Below are positions 1 to 10,139 of a DNA stretch of 64,000 nt, piece by piece. Within the stretch, counting starts at the first letter, position 1. The number at the start of each line of letters is the position of its first letter. Below the pieces are notes generated by a model. The model had not been told where the DNA came from, made no database searches, and saw only the letters and a list, made by a program, of their open reading frames with translations. Made by a program: the position numbers and the translations under genes. This stretch comes from Candidatus Omnitrophota bacterium (GTDB taxonomy: Bacteria > Omnitrophota > Gorgyraeia > Gorgyraeales > Gorgyraeaceae), in assembly GCA_042572045.1 (NCBI GenBank), contig JBHPFI010000002.1, forward strand, positions 28,245 through 92,244, given 5' to 3'.

Positions 1-79
1 CTGCATAACTCTCAGAGGATAACATGGTAAAGATAAAAGCAAAAACTAAAAACATAACTGCAACAAATCTCCTGGTCAT
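1..79 (-). CDS. 5' end of an exported-protein gene running out of the window (partial)
   Basis: ATG at 79 on the minus strand, with AGGAGG 5 nt upstream (complement of 81-90). It reads MTRRFVAVMFLVFAFIFTMLSSESYA, a basic n-region plus hydrophobic core as in a signal peptide. Absent from the ORF track because the window edge truncates it. Confidence 0.45.
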   Translation of the reverse strand, partial: MTRRFVAVMFLVFAFIFTMLSSESYA

Positions 80-137
80 CCCTTCCTCCTTTCCCTCTAT
101 CTAAGAGGGGTAATAGCTAAACATCTCCACTACACCT

Positions 138-1853
138 TTACAATATCATATTAAGAATCGCTCCCACTGTCAATGCCATAAAAATCATAATCCCTGCTGC
201 CTTCAGCATATCTCTTATCCCTATTTCGCGAACCAAGACTGCAAAGGTCGCAATGCAGGGAAAATAAATCGTCAGGATAGTGGAGCCGATTATGAGCTGC
301 TTGGTACTAAGATTAAGAGGGGCCAACATTCCCACTGCAACATCCTTTCTTAAAAATCCTACTATCAAGGCCGATATAGCCTCCTGGGGAAGTCCCCATA
401 TTTTCGTAAAAAGAGGCGCAAGGAGCTTGCCAAAAAACTCTATTATATGCAACGCGTAGAGAATATTGACAAAAAGTATGCCTAAGAGCACGTAGGGCAC
501 TGCCTCTTTCAAGAAACCACATACTCTCATCCAGAGTTTTTTGAACACTGCCAGCGGTTGAGGCAGCCTATACGGCGGGATCTCGATCAATATCTCTGGG
601 CTCGAACCCTTTATCAGCTTATTCAGAATTAAGCCTTTTATAACTAAAAGTAAAAAGAGTGTTATGAATACAACTGCCAGATGCCTCCCGCCTCTTTGCC
701 CAACCAGACCCACAATCATGGCGATCTGAGCCATGCAAGGCACAGCAATCGCCATTAAAGTAGCAGCTATAAACTTTTCGCGTCTGCCTTCTAAAAGCCG
801 GATCGCTAATGCGCCAGGCACATTGCAGCCCAGTCCCAGCATCATAGGGATTATGGCATATCCGTGAAGCCCTAGATGATGCATAAGGTTATCTACCATA
901 ACTGCTAAGCGCGGAAGATATCCAAAATCCTCCAAAATCCCTAATATTAGATAGAAACTCAGTATATAAGGCAACACCATGGCTACAGGCACAAACAATC
1001 CTGTTGTCAAAACTCCGAATGACTGACCAAAATCTATAGTCCCCCCTATAAGATTACCGATAACTACATGATGCAAAAAGCTTGTCCCACCTAAAAACGT
1101 GCTTAATTTAAGCATCAAAGGTAACCATAATATATTAAACAGAGGTTCAAATATAAAAGTTATTAAATTTTCTCCGATGAAGCGAATTGCGCAAAAGGCA
1201 GCGTATATAATGCCTAAAGCTATAGGCACCCCTGTCAAGGGTTTAATGCTGACTTCTTCCAGTCTTTGCAATAATGTATGATGATGGTGGGTCAGTCTTT
1301 GAACATTTTCTATAATACGGCCTATCCTTTCCCACTTGTGTTTGTCAGAAAAGATTTTTACCTTTAAAGGCCTTGCCTCTGGCAAATGAACGATCAATTC
1401 TTTTATGCCTTCGCCTGTTAAACCACATACAGGAATTACTGAAACTCCTAGTGCTTCCTTCAGCTTAGCGACATCTATGTGGATGCCTTGATGTTTAGTC
1501 TCATCCCACATATTCAAGACGACAATTACAGGCATGCCCTTTTCTAATATTTCCAAGGTTAGATAAAGATTTCTTTCCAGATTAGTAGCGTCGACTACAT
1601 TGATAACCAAATCTCCCTCTTCCAACATGTGAACAGCTACTTCTTCTGCCTTAGAGGTGGGTTCTAGCGTATAAGTGCCCGGGACATCTATCATAACCGC
1701 TGTCTTGTCGCCTATCTTCACATTGCCTTGGGTAAATTCTACGGTACTCCCTGGATAATTGGATATTACAATGCTGGCGCCTGTAAGTCTGGAAAAAATA
1801 GTGCTTTTGCCGACATTCGGATTGCCCATTAATAAAATCTTCTTTATATTCAT
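138..1853 (-). CDS. feoB: Ferrous iron transporter FeoB (GTPase plus permease)
   Basis: 571 aa. N-terminal G domain with GNPNVGKST P-loop, DVPG and NMWD motifs, then a long polytopic hydrophobic region. Its start overlaps the feoA stop. Confidence 0.95.
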   Translation of the reverse strand: MNIKKILLMGNPNVGKSTIFSRLTGASIVISNYPGSTVEFTQGNVKIGDKTAVMIDVPGTYTLEPTSKAEEVAVHMLEEGDLVINVVDATNLERNLYLTLEILEKGMPVIVVLNMWDETKHQGIHIDVAKLKEALGVSVIPVCGLTGEGIKELIVHLPEARPLKVKIFSDKHKWERIGRIIENVQRLTHHHHTLLQRLEEVSIKPLTGVPIALGIIYAAFCAIRFIGENLITFIFEPLFNILWLPLMLKLSTFLGGTSFLHHVVIGNLIGGTIDFGQSFGVLTTGLFVPVAMVLPYILSFYLILGILEDFGYLPRLAVMVDNLMHHLGLHGYAIIPMMLGLGCNVPGALAIRLLEGRREKFIAATLMAIAVPCMAQIAMIVGLVGQRGGRHLAVVFITLFLLLVIKGLILNKLIKGSSPEILIEIPPYRLPQPLAVFKKLWMRVCGFLKEAVPYVLLGILFVNILYALHIIEFFGKLLAPLFTKIWGLPQEAISALIVGFLRKDVAVGMLAPLNLSTKQLIIGSTILTIYFPCIATFAVLVREIGIRDMLKAAGIMIFMALTVGAILNMIL

Positions 1854-2083
1854 CTCTTAACCTGAACGAATATCTTCTTGGCCATGCCAAAACCAATAGC
1901 AAGGCGCATCCTGTCTATCTCAATGGTTTGGGGGCCGCGCCAGAAATGAGAACTAACTTTTTTTATCCTTTTGCCGGGCCTTATCCCCATACTCTGGGCC
2001 TTTCTTATAAAGGCCTGACCTCCATGGAGGACCTCTATGATACCGAATTTCCCTATCTCCATCTGAGTCAAATCTATTACCAT
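1850..2083 (-). CDS. feoA: FeoA family iron transport protein
   Basis: 77 aa small SH3-like FeoA pattern. 4-nt overlap with feoB and 6 nt downstream of fur. Confidence 0.85.
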   Translation of the reverse strand: MVIDLTQMEIGKFGIIEVLHGGQAFIRKAQSMGIRPGKRIKKVSSHFWRGPQTIEIDRMRLAIGFGMAKKIFVQVKR

Positions 2084-2089
2084 TATCGA

Positions 2090-2530
2090 TTATTTCCTTA
2101 TTTTAGAATTACATTTTTTGCAAGTGCCGAATATCTCCATTTTATGGCGCTGCGACAGAAATCCAACCCTTTTGCATAATTCAACCTGAAGTTTTTCGAT
2201 TTTAGAATCTACTGCCTCGATAAACTTTCCGCATTTAAGACAAATAAGGTGGTCGTGATGTTTATGGCCATATTTATGCTCGTACCTTATCCTTTTACCT
2301 CCTAAATCCACTTCCTTGGCAATGCCTGCCTCGCATAAAAGCTTCATGGTCCTGAAAATTGTTGCCTGCCCAATGTCAGGATGTTTCTTCTTTACGATAT
2401 CATACAAATCCTCAACGCTAAGATGCCTGTCGATCTTTAGAAAAAAATCCAAAATCTTCTGCCTCTGGCTCGTCAGTTTAAGGCCCTTCTCTTTAAGGTA
2501 ATTAATAAATATCTGTAATTCGCCGTTCAT
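2090..2530 (-). CDS. fur: Fur family metal-responsive transcriptional regulator
   Basis: 146 aa. Winged-helix N-terminus, His-rich HKYGHKHHDH stretch, and paired CxxC motifs (CLKCGK ... CKKC). A palindromic operator lies just upstream. Confidence 0.85.
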   Translation of the reverse strand: MNGELQIFINYLKEKGLKLTSQRQKILDFFLKIDRHLSVEDLYDIVKKKHPDIGQATIFRTMKLLCEAGIAKEVDLGGKRIRYEHKYGHKHHDHLICLKCGKFIEAVDSKIEKLQVELCKRVGFLSQRHKMEIFGTCKKCNSKIRK

Positions 2531-2545
2531 GTTGTTACACCTCTT

Positions 2546-2572
2546 AATTGATTTTGAATTTCAATATCAATT
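2546..2572. promoter_or_regulatory. Fur-box-like 27-nt AT-rich palindrome upstream of fur-feoAB
   Basis: AATTGATTTTGAATTTCAATATCAATT is self-complementary apart from one mismatched pair and the centre base. It lies 16-42 nt upstream of the fur start codon. Confidence 0.6.
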
Positions 2573-2590
2573 ATAACAGAAATAAATAAA

Positions 2591-2644
2591 GATGACAATG
2601 CTTGAATTGAAAAATCTTTAATGACGAAACCTTCAAGTTTAGGG
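2591..2644. repeat. Degenerate copy of the palindromic intergenic element family
   Basis: ..TGACAATGCTTGAA...GAAACCTTCAAGTTTAGGG. The right terminus and the GAAACCTT core resemble the 43-nt form. 9 nt downstream of the tal stop. Confidence 0.35.
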
Positions 2645-2652
2645 CCATTCTC

Positions 2653-3756
2653 TTATTTGCTGCAGAGCTCCCCTGCCTTTTTGTTTATTGAAGAAAGGAG
2701 CGCGTCAAATGATTTTTCAAACGCTACTAGTCCGTCGTGAAGCAACCTTTCACATACAATATCTACATCAATCTCGAGATCCTTTAATTGCTTAAGAACG
2801 TCCTCTTTGTCACTCGCATCAGCGCCCAACGCCTCTTCTATAACGCCATGGTCTAAAAAGGCCTGAAATGTATTCTCCGGCAAGGTATTTACAGTGTTTT
2901 TACCTATAAGCTCTGTTACGTATTTAATATCGCTGTATGCCGGGTTTTTTGTGCTGGTAGAGGCCCATAGAACCCTTTGCGCGTTAGCGCCTTTTTCTCT
3001 AAATACCCTAAATTCGTCCCCTGAAAAAATCTCCAGATATTTTTGAAATATGACCTTTGAATTGGCCACAGCAGCCTTGCCTTTTAAAGATATTGGCAGG
3101 TTCTTTTCCTCAATCATATTGTCTATGGCTGTATCGGCGCGGCTCACAAAGACACTGGCTACAGAGCGGGTCTTACTCAAATCCTTTCCTGTTCCCAAAA
3201 GCCTCCCTATGCCCTTGAGAAATGCGTGGGCAGTCTTTACATATTGTCCCGCTGAAAATATCAATGTGGCATTAACATTTATACCCTGGGCAAGAAGTTC
3301 TTCTATGGCAATAAATCCGGCATCTGTGGCGGGAATCTTAAACATGACATTAGGCCTGTTTACCTTTTTAAATAGCCTCTCTGCCTCTTTTAGGGTTTCG
3401 TCAGTCTTGAATGCCAGCTTAGGGCTAACCTCCAAGCTCACATAACCATCCAGTCTGCCTGTCCTATCATAGACCGCTTTAAAAATATCTGCTGCGTCCT
3501 GGACGTCCTTAACCGTCAGATCATCATATATCTCAAATATAGATTTACCTAAGCCGGCCAATTCTTGTATCTTTTCATTGTAATCATTGCTTGACCTGAT
3601 AGCCTTGTCAAATATAGTAGGGTTGGATGTCATGCCCCTCAATCCCACCCTTATCATCTCTTCAAGCCCTCCACCTTCGAGCATAGAGCGGCTGATATTG
3701 TCCAGCCAAATGCTCTGGCCAAACTCATTCAATTTTTCGACCGTTGTTTTCGTCAT
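2653..3756 (-). CDS. tal: Transaldolase
   Basis: 367 aa. N-terminal GQSIWLDNISR motif, FKIPAT active-site Lys region, and length typical of long-form transaldolases. Confidence 0.9.
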   Translation of the reverse strand: MTKTTVEKLNEFGQSIWLDNISRSMLEGGGLEEMIRVGLRGMTSNPTIFDKAIRSSNDYNEKIQELAGLGKSIFEIYDDLTVKDVQDAADIFKAVYDRTGRLDGYVSLEVSPKLAFKTDETLKEAERLFKKVNRPNVMFKIPATDAGFIAIEELLAQGINVNATLIFSAGQYVKTAHAFLKGIGRLLGTGKDLSKTRSVASVFVSRADTAIDNMIEEKNLPISLKGKAAVANSKVIFQKYLEIFSGDEFRVFREKGANAQRVLWASTSTKNPAYSDIKYVTELIGKNTVNTLPENTFQAFLDHGVIEEALGADASDKEDVLKQLKDLEIDVDIVCERLLHDGLVAFEKSFDALLSSINKKAGELCSK

Positions 3757-3774
3757 TGCGCATCCTCCTTAATT

Positions 3775-4800
3775 TTAAAATTTACCATCTATACGTGTTC
3801 CGCATTTCTGACATTTTGCGTCTTTTATATTATAGGCTGCTATGTCGAACATCTGCCTCCTGATTAAAAGGGTTTTGCAGTTATAGCAATACGTATCTCC
3901 CCCGCCAAAGACATTGCCCATGTATATATACCGAAGGCCTGCTGAGGAACCTATCTCCTTAGCCCTGTTCAAGGTATCGATCGGGGTAGCTATTGAATCA
4001 AGATATCTATAGTCAGGATGAAACCTGGATATATGCCACGGGATCTCAGGCCCTATATCTACAATAAACCCTGCGATGGCAATAAAATCTTCATCTGAAT
4101 CATTTTGCCCTGGTACAACCAGGGTCGTAACCTCAACCCATATACCCATTTTCTTCATTATCCTTATCGAATCAAGCACAGGCGCAAGATGGCCCTGGCA
4201 CATCTTTTTATAAAAATCCTCCTTGAATGATTTAAGGTCAACGTTGCAGGCATCGAGGTAAGGTCTTATTGTCTCCAGGGCCTCGGGCGTCATGTATCCA
4301 TTGGTCACAAAATTATTATAAATCCCCTGGCCTTTTGCAAGTTTTGCAGTTTCATAGGCATATTCAAAAAATATAGTGGGCTCTGTGTATGTATATGATA
4401 TGCTCTTACATTTATTTTTCCGGGCCTCTTTTACAACCTCTTCAGGTTGTGCTTCATAGCCGGAAAACCCTTCCTCCCTCATGGAAAGCTGCGATATCTG
4501 CCAATTCTGACAAAAGGAGCACTTAAAATTGCATCCTGGACTCGCTATCGAATAGGACGTGGAGCCAGGAAGAAAATGATAAAGAGGTTTTTTCTCTATT
4601 GGATCGACGTGAGACGCGATAACTTCCGCATATACATGTGTGTAGAGCTTGCCGTCTTTATTTTCTCTGAGCCCGCAGATACCGAATCCACCCGGCAATA
4701 TTTTACAGTGATGCGAGCATAGATAGCAATGCACCTTCTTCTTATCCAACTTTTCATAAAGCATTGCTTCTTTTATCATATCTTGTTTAAGGAGGGGCAA
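3775..4800 (-). CDS. AmmeMemoRadiSam-type radical SAM enzyme (PFL-activase-like)
   Basis: CNFKCSFCQNW radical-SAM CxxxCxxC motif plus an N-terminal Cys-rich CYLCSHHC...GICG motif. The N-terminus overlaps nth by 25 nt, so Met8 (4779) or Met13 (4764) may be the true start. Confidence 0.75.
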   Translation of the reverse strand: MPLLKQDMIKEAMLYEKLDKKKVHCYLCSHHCKILPGGFGICGLRENKDGKLYTHVYAEVIASHVDPIEKKPLYHFLPGSTSYSIASPGCNFKCSFCQNWQISQLSMREEGFSGYEAQPEEVVKEARKNKCKSISYTYTEPTIFFEYAYETAKLAKGQGIYNNFVTNGYMTPEALETIRPYLDACNVDLKSFKEDFYKKMCQGHLAPVLDSIRIMKKMGIWVEVTTLVVPGQNDSDEDFIAIAGFIVDIGPEIPWHISRFHPDYRYLDSIATPIDTLNRAKEIGSSAGLRYIYMGNVFGGGDTYCYNCKTLLIRRQMFDIAAYNIKDAKCQKCGTRIDGKF

Positions 4801-5414
4801 AGTTTAGCTATTGGGCATCTGCCGCATAAAGGCTTTCTGGCATTACAAATCTTCCTGCCGTGATCAACAAGCATATAATTAAAATCAACCCAGTCTTTTT
4901 TAGCGACCATCTTCATAAGGTCTCTCTCTATTTTATTAGGATTATTTTGTCTAGTTAGGCCCAATCTAATTGAAAGCCTTTTTACATGGGTATCAACGGC
5001 TATGCCTTCTGCTTTTTTAAAACCGCTCGACAATACTATGTTGGCTGTCTTGCGCGCTACGCCAGGCAGGGAAACCAGTTCTTCCATGGCGTTAGGCACC
5101 TTCCCGTTAAAGCCTTCTATCATTTTTTTTGAAGTGGCTATGATATTTTTTGACTTATTTCTGTAGAAGCCTGTGGAGCGGATCTCTTGCTCTAAAACGG
5201 ATTGTTTTGCCCTGGCAAAATCATGCATAGTTTTATATTTCTTGAAAAGCGACGGGGTGATCTTGTTTACTCTCTCATCAGTACACTGCGCCGAGAGTAT
5301 CGTGGCTATCAAAATCTGAAAGGGGGTCTTGTAATAGAGCGTTGTGCGGCTCTTATGATATTGCTTGCGTAATATCTTTATTATCTCTGTTACTCTTTCT
5401 TTGGCAGGTTTCAC
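4776..5414 (-). CDS. nth: Endonuclease III (DNA glycosylase/AP lyase)
   Basis: 212 aa. HhH-GPD region (LPGVARKTANIV) and C-terminal 4Fe-4S loop CX6CX2CX5C (CNARKPLCGRCPIAKLC). Confidence 0.9.
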   Translation of the reverse strand: MKPAKERVTEIIKILRKQYHKSRTTLYYKTPFQILIATILSAQCTDERVNKITPSLFKKYKTMHDFARAKQSVLEQEIRSTGFYRNKSKNIIATSKKMIEGFNGKVPNAMEELVSLPGVARKTANIVLSSGFKKAEGIAVDTHVKRLSIRLGLTRQNNPNKIERDLMKMVAKKDWVDFNYMLVDHGRKICNARKPLCGRCPIAKLCPSLNKI

Positions 5415-5430
5415 TATATATCCCGATGTA

Positions 5431-6375
5431 TTAGCGGTATGCTACGCCTTTGAGCTCTTCAACGTATTGCTGGGCGCTGAAAGCTGCCGTTGCTCCGTCT
5501 CCGCACGCAGTTATTACCTGCCTTAATAACTTCTGCCTGCAATCTCCACAGGCAAAAATGCCAGGCCTTGATGTTTTCATATCGTCATCTGTAATAATAT
5601 ATCCGTTTTTCTCCACCTTCAGCAAATATTTTATTATATCCGTATTAGGCAAATAACCTACAAATATAAACACGCCGTCGCAGGAAAGATCTTTTTCCTT
5701 TTCTGTTTTTTTGTTTTTTACCCTCACTGCACTAACTCTATCCTTACCTAAAATATCAACAGGTATTGAATCCCACACAAACTCCATTTTCTTGTTCTCA
5801 AACGCCCTCTCCTGCAGGATCTTTGCTGCGCGCAAGCGGTCTCTGCGATGTATCAAAGTGACCTTTTTGCCAAACCTGGTTAAAAATAATGCCTCTTCTA
5901 CTGCTGTATCTCCTCCGCCTATCACCGCTACATTTTTATCCTTATAAAGCGCCCCGTCGCAGGTAGCGCAATACGAAACACCTTTTCCCTGTAACCTCTC
6001 TTCTCCGGTTAGGCCTAACTTTTTAGGTCTTGCGCCTGTCGCAATAATCAATGCCAGGGAAGTATAGGTCTTATCCTCAAGCTCTATTTTCCAGCCGCTA
6101 GAATCCTTGTCTTTACATTCTTCTATTCTCTTCACATTGCCCACGGTAAACTTTGCGCCAAATCTCTCTGTTTGTTTTTTAAATTTTTCTACCAGCTCAA
6201 ATCCATTGATCCCATCCGGAAAACCAGGATAGTTCTCTATGCAATCTGTTATGATTGCCTGGCCTGGCACTGAAAAACTTTCTATTACCAATATCTTTAA
6301 TCTTGCCCTTGAATTATATAAAGCCGCTGTGAGGCCAGCCGGCCCCCCGCCTATAATAATCACATCATAATCCAT
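5431..6375 (-). CDS. trxB: Thioredoxin-disulfide reductase
   Basis: 314 aa. GGGPAG FAD motif, redox-active CATCDG, and a second GGGDTA dinucleotide motif. Confidence 0.9.
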   Translation of the reverse strand: MDYDVIIIGGGPAGLTAALYNSRARLKILVIESFSVPGQAIITDCIENYPGFPDGINGFELVEKFKKQTERFGAKFTVGNVKRIEECKDKDSSGWKIELEDKTYTSLALIIATGARPKKLGLTGEERLQGKGVSYCATCDGALYKDKNVAVIGGGDTAVEEALFLTRFGKKVTLIHRRDRLRAAKILQERAFENKKMEFVWDSIPVDILGKDRVSAVRVKNKKTEKEKDLSCDGVFIFVGYLPNTDIIKYLLKVEKNGYIITDDDMKTSRPGIFACGDCRQKLLRQVITACGDGATAAFSAQQYVEELKGVAYR

Positions 6376-6380
6376 AATAG

Positions 6381-7037
6381 CTACCTCTCTCTTTCTCCGA
6401 AAATCTTGGTGCCTACCCTTACAATATTCGCGCCTTCGGCAATCGCTACCTTGTATGAATTGCTCATACCCATTGAAAGATACCTCATTTCAACATTTGA
6501 AACATCCAGAGCTTTTAGTTTATCAAATATGCTTTTTGTTTCTACGAAATACGGTCGCGCGTCCTCAGGGTCCCCAAGCATAGGGCCCATGGTCATAATG
6601 CCCATTACCTTTACATTGTCTAATCTTGATAATCTCCTTATAAATGTCTCTACGTCCTCTGGCAACACGCCAAATTTTTGTTCTTCCTTGGCACTGTTTA
6701 TTTCAACCAATACAGGCATGGCCTTATTTTCCCTGACACACATCTTGTCTACTTCCTCAGCCAATTCCAAAGAATCAAGCGTCTCTATCATATCAAAGAG
6801 CCTTATTGCCTTCTTGACCTTGTTCTTCTGTAAATGCCCTATAAAATGCCATTTTGCTTTATTGCCTATTACGCCAAACGCCAGCTCTGCCTCCTGGACA
6901 TAATTTTCTCCTATAATCTTTACGCCGGCATCTATAGCCTCTAAGACCTCCTGAGGGGTCCTGGACTTGGCAACGGCTTCAAGCTCTACGCCTCCAGGTA
7001 ACTCACAAAGTATCTTACTGACATTTTCCTTAATCAT
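6381..7037 (-). CDS. yggS: YggS-family pyridoxal phosphate homeostasis protein
   Basis: 218 aa. Alanine-racemase-N-fold pattern with AVAKSRT (PLP Lys), HFIGHLQKNK and SMGMS motifs. Confidence 0.85.
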   Translation of the reverse strand: MIKENVSKILCELPGGVELEAVAKSRTPQEVLEAIDAGVKIIGENYVQEAELAFGVIGNKAKWHFIGHLQKNKVKKAIRLFDMIETLDSLELAEEVDKMCVRENKAMPVLVEINSAKEEQKFGVLPEDVETFIRRLSRLDNVKVMGIMTMGPMLGDPEDARPYFVETKSIFDKLKALDVSNVEMRYLSMGMSNSYKVAIAEGANIVRVGTKIFGERER

Positions 7038-7809
7038 AACTGCCTCTGCGCCTCAAGGTATCCTCTTTACTGATAGGTCTGGCCCCCTTCCTTCCAGAGC
7101 CATAAACAGAAATAACGTTCATACCATCAAAATATCTGATTACTACGTCCAATTCTTCTTTGGATAAGGGCCTTGCCTCGCACGGCCTCAAAGGAGTATT
7201 GATTTGAACTTCGTCTGGCTGAATCTCTCTGGCTATCGCTGCTAAATCTTCCGCATAAACCTTATTCTGCTCTATAAACATAATCTGTAGCGCCAGCTTC
7301 CCGTTATAAGCGCCCCTGAACTCCTTTATGCCTTTCAGGACCCTATCAAAAGTTATGCCACGCATAGGTTTATTTATATCAAGAAACGCTTTTGCTGAAG
7401 AGGCATCGAGTTTGGCTATTACCAAATCGCTAAGCGCTAAATCCTTTTGCACATCATCTCTGTTAATCAAAGATGAATTTGTTATGACTGCGACCTTTTC
7501 CTTTCTTATTTTCCTTATCTCTTTGATCATCTCGCCTAAATTTTTAGCAAGAGTTGGTTCTCCTTTTCCAGAAAAAGTAATATAATCTATTTTTAAGGGA
7601 GGTAGCGATTTTATCTCTTCTATAATCTTCTCCGTGGAAACAAATATCTCTCTCTGGTCGGTATATATATCAGTCTCTCCGACCTGGCAGTAAACGCAGC
7701 CGAATGAACAAATTTTTTCTTCTCTTGAGAGAGGGTCTATTCCGAGAGAACTGCCAAGCCTCCAGGAAGGCACTGGGCCATATATATATTTGTATTTTTG
7801 TGTAGGCAT
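7030..7809 (-). CDS. Radical SAM protein, function unknown
   Basis: 259 aa. CSFGCVYCQ CxxxCxxC motif near the N-terminus. 8-nt overlap with yggS. Confidence 0.7.
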   Translation of the reverse strand: MPTQKYKYIYGPVPSWRLGSSLGIDPLSREEKICSFGCVYCQVGETDIYTDQREIFVSTEKIIEEIKSLPPLKIDYITFSGKGEPTLAKNLGEMIKEIRKIRKEKVAVITNSSLINRDDVQKDLALSDLVIAKLDASSAKAFLDINKPMRGITFDRVLKGIKEFRGAYNGKLALQIMFIEQNKVYAEDLAAIAREIQPDEVQINTPLRPCEARPLSKEELDVVIRYFDGMNVISVYGSGRKGARPISKEDTLRRRGSYD

Positions 7810-7900
7810 TTTGATTTTTATTATTGATTAAGGCAGGTATATTATACGCTCAGGTATATAAATAATCTACTAATAATTAGGGAATAGGGTATAAAAAATA

Positions 7901-7929
7901 TTGCCAAGGCGTTCATTCTTGGATACAAT
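7901..7929 (+). promoter_or_regulatory. Sigma-70-type promoter of the DJ-1 gene
   Basis: TTGCCA, a 17-nt spacer, then TACAAT, ending 19 nt before the ATG at 7949. Confidence 0.5.
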
Positions 7930-7948
7930 CATAAAAAAGGAGGCTATC

Positions 7949-8500
7949 ATGTCAAAAAGGGCTATTGTTGTGATCGCGGAAGGTTTTGAGGAAATCGAAG
8001 CGATAACTCTTATCGATATATTAAGGCGGGCGGAAATAGACGTGGTGGTGGCCGGGTTGGATAATGTAAAAATCTGCGGCGCTCACGGCGTAAATATCAC
8101 TACGGATAAGAAATTAGACGATGCGGGTAATGATTTTGACGCATGTATATTCCCAGGTGGTATGCCTGGAGCGACAAATCTGGCTGACTCAGAAAAGGTA
8201 AAAGCTCTGATAAAAAAAATAAATTCTGACGGGAAAGTGATTGCTGCGATATGCGCCTCTCCCGCAATTGTCCTTGCACCCACAGGCATACTTAAGAATA
8301 AATACGCGACATGTTATCCTGGAATGCATGAAAATTTCGGAAAGGACGTCAAATTCAAGGAAGATGCTGTAGTGGTGGACGCTAATATAATCACAAGCCG
8401 CGGGCCAGGGACTGCTCTTTCTTTCTCGTTGGCAATCGTTGAAAAACTTCTCGGAACAGAGGTCAAGGATAAGATAAAAAAAGCTACGCTGGCTGGCTAA
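7949..8500 (+). CDS. DJ-1/PfpI family protein
   Basis: AGGAGG 6 nt upstream of the ATG at 7949. Nucleophile-elbow AAICASP motif. The track ORF begins at a TTG (7901) that is better read as the -35 hexamer. Confidence 0.85.
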   Translation: MSKRAIVVIAEGFEEIEAITLIDILRRAEIDVVVAGLDNVKICGAHGVNITTDKKLDDAGNDFDACIFPGGMPGATNLADSEKVKALIKKINSDGKVIAAICASPAIVLAPTGILKNKYATCYPGMHENFGKDVKFKEDAVVVDANIITSRGPGTALSFSLAIVEKLLGTEVKDKIKKATLAG

Positions 8501-8505
8501 CGGGG

Positions 8506-9483
8506 TTAGATTATCTTGTCTTTTTCATCGTAAATCTCGCCAAAGAGCTCTTCTAAGACATCCTCCATGGAGATAATACCTATGTTTTTACCCCCTTTAT
8601 CTCTTACGATAAAAAGATGCTGATGGTATGCCTGAAATTTATTCAAAAGGTCATCTGCCTTTTCGTTCTCATTTACAAATATAGGTCTTAGCATAAAATC
8701 TCTTACTTTCGCCTCATAGCTATCCTTTGCGATCTCCCTCAGCAGCACCCTCTGCTGGCATATCCCGATTATACTTGATATATCCTTATCATAAACTGCG
8801 ATCCTGCTATACTGCGAATTGAGTATCGAATCCTTCATGTCTATCAATTTCTGATCGCCGTCCAATGCATAGATATGGTCTATGGGTTTCATCATATGAA
8901 AGGCCTTTACATCGTTGAGCTTAAACACCTTGTTGCAGAGATTTTCCTCATCCACCTCAACCGTGCCAGCTGCCCTGCCGAGCTTCAGCATAATCTTTAT
9001 CTCTTCTTCGGTAACCTTAGGACCGGGCGTCTTTTTCTTCAAACTCCTACCTATAAAAATCAAAACCTGCACAAATGGCTTTAAGGCCCACATCACAATC
9101 CTGAGGACCTTAGAGCTTGCAAGAGAAACTGAAACCTTATATTGTTCTCCTATTGTCTTGGGAATCACTTCGGATACTACTATGATTAAAAAAGTGATAA
9201 AGGCCGAGGAAATCCCCAGCCATTCGTTTCCAAAAAGCCTCAAGACCTTCTGGCCTACAAATATAGATCCGACTATATTTATCGAGTTATTCAGCACTAC
9301 AATTGCCGCAATGGCAGTATGGATATCTTCCTTTACAAGAAGGAGGTCTTTTGAGCCTTTACGTTTCTGGTCACATAAAATCCTGGCCTTCACCAATGGG
9401 AGGCTCAGGATAGCAGCCTCTACCATCGAACATAAGCCTGAGGATAAAAGCACTCCTATAAGCAAAATAATCAAATTTACCAT
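8506..9483 (-). CDS. CNNM/HlyC-CorC family transporter (DUF21 plus CBS pair)
   Basis: 325 aa. Four N-terminal TM helices followed by a tandem CBS-like region. Confidence 0.75.
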   Translation of the reverse strand: MVNLIILLIGVLLSSGLCSMVEAAILSLPLVKARILCDQKRKGSKDLLLVKEDIHTAIAAIVVLNNSINIVGSIFVGQKVLRLFGNEWLGISSAFITFLIIVVSEVIPKTIGEQYKVSVSLASSKVLRIVMWALKPFVQVLIFIGRSLKKKTPGPKVTEEEIKIMLKLGRAAGTVEVDEENLCNKVFKLNDVKAFHMMKPIDHIYALDGDQKLIDMKDSILNSQYSRIAVYDKDISSIIGICQQRVLLREIAKDSYEAKVRDFMLRPIFVNENEKADDLLNKFQAYHQHLFIVRDKGGKNIGIISMEDVLEELFGEIYDEKDKII

Positions 9484-9487
9484 ATAT

Positions 9488-10075
9488 CTAACTCTTTATA
9501 GCCTTTAAAAGGTCGAGGCCCAGTTTTTCAAACATATCCTTTAGTTTAGCGGTTGGAAGACCTAATACATTAAAATATGAACCTTTTACATCATCAAAAA
9601 TAAACGAACCTGCCCCTTCTATGGAAAAACCGCCTGCCTTATCATACGGGCCAAGCAATTTGAAATACCTCGGGATCTCATTCGGCCTGATTTTCCTCAC
9701 TTTCACGCCTGAGATCTCATAGTCCAGGACTGTATTTTTTTCTTTTACGTCTATAATACATAATCCTGTATATACAAAAATAGTCTTTCCTGACATCGAT
9801 TTCAACATGCTTTTTGCATGATGAGCGTCGCGAGGTTTACCTATTATCTTCTTTCCTAACAAGACTACTGTGTCCGCGCCTATAACATAACCTGAGCGCA
9901 GTCCTTCCGCGACCTTTTCTGCCTTAAGGTAGGCGTTCATCATTGCTATATGGCTGGGGAATTTACCTTGCAGGCTTTCCCTGGCCTCGCTTACAACGAC
10001 TTTATGCTTAACGCCGCAAGACGAAAGTATCGAGGACCTTCTTTTTGAACTAGAGGCCAAAATTATATTCATCAT
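9488..10075 (-). CDS. maf: Maf-like nucleoside triphosphate pyrophosphatase
   Basis: 195 aa. N-terminal ILASSSKRR, GADTVV, and C-terminal GKAGGFSIEG / NVLGLP motifs. Confidence 0.9.
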   Translation of the reverse strand: MMNIILASSSKRRSSILSSCGVKHKVVVSEARESLQGKFPSHIAMMNAYLKAEKVAEGLRSGYVIGADTVVLLGKKIIGKPRDAHHAKSMLKSMSGKTIFVYTGLCIIDVKEKNTVLDYEISGVKVRKIRPNEIPRYFKLLGPYDKAGGFSIEGAGSFIFDDVKGSYFNVLGLPTAKLKDMFEKLGLDLLKAIKS

Positions 10076-10101
10076 ATATTCCCAGGGATTACCATCAGAA
10101 G

Positions 10102-10139
10102 CTGACTTGACAAATCAGTCAATTACATGTGTCAAGTTA
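10102..10139. repeat. Palindromic intergenic element (CCTRACTTGA...TCAAGTYAGG family)
   Basis: CTGACTTGACAaatcagtcaattacatgTGTCAAGTTA. Its first 19 nt are identical to the copy at 25544-25562, and its terminal TTA is the speB stop codon. Confidence 0.8.
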